A stretch of 64,000 bases of DNA, taken from NCBI GenBank assembly GCA_963664015.2, contig CAXXLF010000002.1:1440001-1504000 (forward strand), written 5' to 3'. Below are positions 60,457 through 64,000 of this stretch, in pieces (the stretch's first letter is position 1; each line of letters begins with the position of its first letter). Position numbers and translations under genes: made by a program. Below the pieces are notes generated by a model. It did not search any database. It was given only the letters and a program-made list of their open reading frames with translations, and was not told the origin of the DNA. The stretch is from Candidatus Binatia bacterium (GTDB lineage Bacteria > Desulfobacterota > Binatia > UBA9968 > CAXXLF01).

Positions 60457-60670
60457 GGATTTGGAGTCAAGTCTGCTCTTGGCTCTTTAGCTAGCAAGTT
60501 CGGTCGGTTTGTCATGGAGGTCAGGTCTTGTCATGGAGGATAGAAAGCAAAGGCAAGAATTTATGATTCCAAGACTCGACCCTCTTCCCTTAGTATTATC
60601 TTGCCGATGAAAAATAGCGGAGAGGGCAGGACGCCTCTTACGGGAGCCCCCCATCTGAGGAGAAAGTGGT

Positions 60671-61394
60671 ATGGGAGAGAAAAGCACAATGCCATTGATT
60701 ATTGGTATTATCATTGCGGTTCTAGCTGCAGGGGGTGGTGCCGTCACATGGATTGAGTATTTCACCGCAAAACCTGAGAACGCAGACGTGCTAACGTGGG
60801 AATCTCTTCAGTCTGATTATCTTGAATCTTTCGACGTTGCATACACAGATCCAAGAATGAAGTCCACATCGCCAACCTTTAGGGATGCTCAATGGACAGG
60901 CTGGACCAGTGACGGGAATTATTGCTACTCCAGCAATAGTGATAAAAACAGCGCTCAGTATCATTACGCTGGGGTAGGCGAAAGGGACATTTACAACACA
61001 CCTGCCTCAGTCGAAGTAAAAACTAAGAATCTCTCGAATAGCACACCAATATCTGCTGGTGGATTATTGTACCGCTTCGATAAGTCAAGGTCATATTACT
61101 ACGCATTTACCATTACCAATCAAGGAGGTGGTCTACTTTTATAAGAAAAATAAGGATGGTTGCAACGTCGTTTATACTGGAAGGTCAAAGTTATTTGTAG
61201 CGAACAACTCTAACAAGCTTGCGATAATCGGCGAAGGTAGTTCTCTTCATTCGTACATAAACGATTCTCTTGAAAAAATTGTTGAGGGCGAGGAGTTAAA
61301 GCTCGGCGATTCGGGCATTATCGGTATTGGGATTGGACAAAACTGTTTTGACAACTTTACGTTTCCCAAAGACATAGACAAGCTGCCCAGTTAG
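60671..61394 (+). pseudogene. AT-rich membrane-anchored beta-rich protein, frameshifted at ~61125
   Basis: N-terminal TM helix; GGLLYRF..YYAFTI continues as VVYFYK..NKLAI...YIND..G.IGI..FDNF in another frame. Confidence 0.6.
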
Positions 61395-61574
61395 CTCGAT
61401 AGAAAAGAGCGTAAAAGGGTCGAATCTGCTCTCGTTTCGCTCCGCTCCCGCTAACAGCTAATTTCGACAGTCGCCCCTCCAGCCTCCTTTAGTTGCGGCT
61501 CTTAGATGGTTTGCACTTACCACACGCTGGTACTAGATTCGCAATGGTTCAATCAAACTCACGAGGAGACGTGA

Positions 61575-62219
61575 ATGGAAATCACTCTTTACTACGCCCC
61601 CAACACCTGCGCACTCGCTCCCTATATCACGCTGACCGAAGCGGGTGCCGATTTCGAGGCGCATGCGCTCAACTTCCGCAAGCGGCAGCATTTCTCGGCC
61701 GAGTATCTGAAGATAAATCCCAAGCACAAGGTGCCAGCGCTCGTGGTCGACGGTAAGATACTGACCGAGAACGTCGCGATGCATCAATGGGTCCATCGCA
61801 CCTTCCCCGACGCAAAGCTCCTGCCCGCCGATCCGTGGGACGAGTTGCAGGCGATCTCGCTGCACGCCTGGTATGCCACCGGCATTCACCCCTACCTGGC
61901 CCGGATCAACAATCCGCCCAAGGTCTGCGACGCAGCGGGCGCGTCCGACAGCATCGTCAAGTTCGCCACTGAAACCCTGTTCGAGAGCTTCCGAATCGCC
62001 GACGAGAAGCTCGCCGGGCATGAGTACTTCTTCGACCATTTCACCGCCCCGGATGCGCATTTTTTTTGGTGTTGTCGCCGCGCCACCCAGTTGGGGGTGG
62101 ACTTGTCAGGCTTCCACAACGTCGGCGAGCATTTCAAGCGCATGCTGGAGCGCCCGAGCGTTAAAAAGCTGCTCGCCTACGACAAAGAAGTGGAGGAACG
62201 GTTCGCCAACATCGGGTAG
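61575..62219 (+). CDS. glutathione S-transferase (beta-class-like)
   Basis: YYAPNTCALAP, INP..KVPAL, LTEN.A and FT.PD motifs. Confidence 0.9.
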   Translation: MEITLYYAPNTCALAPYITLTEAGADFEAHALNFRKRQHFSAEYLKINPKHKVPALVVDGKILTENVAMHQWVHRTFPDAKLLPADPWDELQAISLHAWYATGIHPYLARINNPPKVCDAAGASDSIVKFATETLFESFRIADEKLAGHEYFFDHFTAPDAHFFWCCRRATQLGVDLSGFHNVGEHFKRMLERPSVKKLLAYDKEVEERFANIG

Positions 62220-62750
62220 ACAGAGATAGAGAGCAGCAAGGAAAAAGGCAAAACGAATTTAGCTACCAACTGTCAACCACACAAGCCAGAGAACAGATGT
62301 CAGAAGTCTGAGGTCAGACGACAGAGACACGATACTCGCGCACCCTTCGACCCATCGACAGGCTCAGGGTCCCGAGCATAGTCGAGGGAAAGACTCCGCC
62401 AAAGGACGGATCAGCCTTGGGCTAAGCAAAGGGCGCCAAGCTTTAAGAAACCAAAGAAACCTTTAAGAATTCACCGCAGAGATGCAGGGCGGAGCGCAAG
62501 TTAAAAGGGAAAAGTAAAAAGGTAAAAATCGTTGTCGAAGGTAAGAGAATCTGAGGGTTAAGAGTTTTTAACCGCAGATTTTCGCCGATTATTGCAGACA
62601 ATAGTTGTGTTTGTTTGCCGGAAGACGGCGACAAACAAAAGCTTAGCTGTTGCGGACAATAACCTGAGCTAACTTCCTCACAATTGATATTACCGCAGAT
62701 TTCGCAGACCAGCAAAGCGTTAAGATTGGACAACGGACTACGGAGCATAG
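62220..62750. repeat. intergenic mosaic repeat block R17
   Basis: CAGAAGT module, REP-like 62343-62389, AAGTTAAAAGGGAAAAGTAAAAAGG, ACCGCAGATTTTCG and GACAAACAAAA modules. Confidence 0.85.
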
Positions 62751-62764
62751 CTGCCTCTCCGCCA

Positions 62765-63016
62765 TTAGCACTTCCGACAGATGAGGTCTCCTTTTAAAAA
62801 TGAAACAAGCGTGCAGTCTATCCGAGGGTCGTCTTCCGCCCGCTTGATGATCTCGGTTTGGTGCCGTGGGGAAGTTATGTTGTCGATGACGAGCCAACCG
62901 CCCGGCACGAGGCGCGGTACCACCAAATCGTAGATCTTGCCGTTGTGTTCCCGGGGGTGGAAATCTGAAAAGCAAAAGGCGAGGTTGTCGAACCGGGTCG
63001 CGAAGTCGAAGGCGTC
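62765..63016 (-). pseudogene. C-terminal half of a class I O-methyltransferase (not in the ORF track)
   Basis: Manual translation: DAFDFATRFDNLAFCFSD...IYDLVVPRLVPGGWLVIDNI...DPRID...KGDLICRKC*. Confidence 0.65.
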
Positions 63017-63307
63017 GTCATGTGGCAGAAGATGCTCGCCGAGCAGATCCAGATCCTTGAGAATGGGGGCGATCCCATTGCGGTGATCCGGGACCCGGAC
63101 AAGGCGCGCAACATTGAAGTCCCGGTCGAGTGGGAAGGGGGGACGAGCGGTGGCCGAACGGATCCCAGCAGCATTACCCCCCTACGGAGCAGCGCTTCTG
63201 CCCAAAATGGATCCCGTGGCCCGACCGCCCGCGAGGCCGACAAGACCATCGACATGTGGCGAGAGTACCTCACTACTCAAGAAGAGGCCGCCCACGCCAC
63301 CGCGTAG
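63008..63307 (+). pseudogene. C-terminal fragment of a Rieske oxygenase-like gene
   Basis: EGVVMWQKMLAEQIQ.LENGGDPIAVIRDP resembles the C-terminal helix region of the 53614 family; no RBS. Confidence 0.55.
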
Positions 63308-63558
63308 GTTACGATCGCTCAGATACACCAGAAGGCTCCGCAGGGCAACGGAGACTTCCTGGCTCCACTAGTGAAGGGGGCAAGGAAAAAGGCGAAAGAG
63401 CTGTCAGATCTCGTCAATTAAATAACTGGTAAGAATAAGCTGGGGGGCAATCTCCCGTACTTTTGAAACATGGGGTCAGCCGGCTCCTTACCACCTGATA
63501 CACATCACAACATCAGAAGCCTGCCTCTGCTAAATTATACCCCACTCAATTCGGGTGT

Positions 63559-63587
63559 TTGACAGGGGTGGTCATTCTCCATAAACT
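63559..63587 (+). promoter_or_regulatory. sigma70 promoter
   Basis: TTGACA-N17-TAAACT. Confidence 0.65.
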
Positions 63588-63629
63588 GCTCAGGTTCTCG
63601 ATCATCATGCAGTCTAAGGAGGTATCCAT

Positions 63630-64000
63630 ATGGTTAATCGGGTGAAATTATTGCCTGTTTTGAGCACCCTTATCACTATTATGGCACTGTTTCTTCATGT
63701 GCCGGCGCAAGCGGACTGGAAGGCCGACTGGAAAAAAGCCCAGGCCGCGGCACGAAAAGAGGGGGGTATCCGGGTCTATGGCCCCCCGGGGATCGGGTAC
63801 ATTAATGCGATTGAGACATTTAAAAGCGTCTATCCCAAGATCAAAATGATCTATGTCCCCGGTACGGGGAGCCAGCACTCCAACCGGCTCGGCGCCGAGC
63901 GCCGGGCGGGAAAATTCCTCGCGGATATCTACATTGGAGGCTCCGGAACAGGCGGGATATTGGCTGAGAAGGGTTTCTTTGAACCGCTGCCGCCCCGGTT
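63630..64000 (+). CDS. extracellular solute-binding protein (N-terminal part, runs off window)
   Basis: AGGAGG RBS; signal peptide then ADWKADWKKAQAAARKEG.I.VYGPPG...YPKIK; open to the window end. Confidence 0.85.
   Translation, partial: MVNRVKLLPVLSTLITIMALFLHVPAQADWKADWKKAQAAARKEGGIRVYGPPGIGYINAIETFKSVYPKIKMIYVPGTGSQHSNRLGAERRAGKFLADIYIGGSGTGGILAEKGFFEPLPPR

Noticed and set aside
61430-61500. Integron attC site after the AT-rich gene
   Set aside because: GCTAAC is present but there is no matching GTTRRRY end or paired L boxes, and no integrase
14108-62750. CRISPR array interpretation of the repeats
   Set aside because: No identical 25-40 nt direct repeats with regular unique spacers, and no cas genes

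Overview
A 64-kb bacterial window. The gene repertoire and a recurrent small conserved protein suggest Candidatus Binatia/Deltaproteobacteria, which is an inference. The first ~33 kb is mostly housekeeping: 2-oxoacid:ferredoxin oxidoreductase, lipBA, ferredoxin, ilvE, HU, mfd-surA-pdxA-PGM, a short uvrA, iscS-iscA-nifS, addBA-like helicase/nuclease and an M1 aminopeptidase. The last ~31 kb is a run of mostly single-gene units for aromatic/N-compound catabolism: four amidohydrolase_2 paralogs, a Mo-hydroxylase large subunit, an alpha/beta hydrolase, an amidase, LigB-type and Rieske oxygenases, two GSTs, and an atypical Co-type nitrile hydratase/thiocyanate hydrolase pair. Many decaying pseudogenes are mixed in. 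The most striking unexplained signal is non-coding. About 17 intergenic spacers are built from a shared kit of 7-nt-periodic and REP-like modules, typically purine-rich 5' half then pyrimidine-rich 3' half. They include near-identical inverted copies bracketing genes and modules nested inside one another, yet no cognate transposase/recombinase lies in the window. No rRNA, tRNA or CRISPR array was seen. All identity counts were done by eye.
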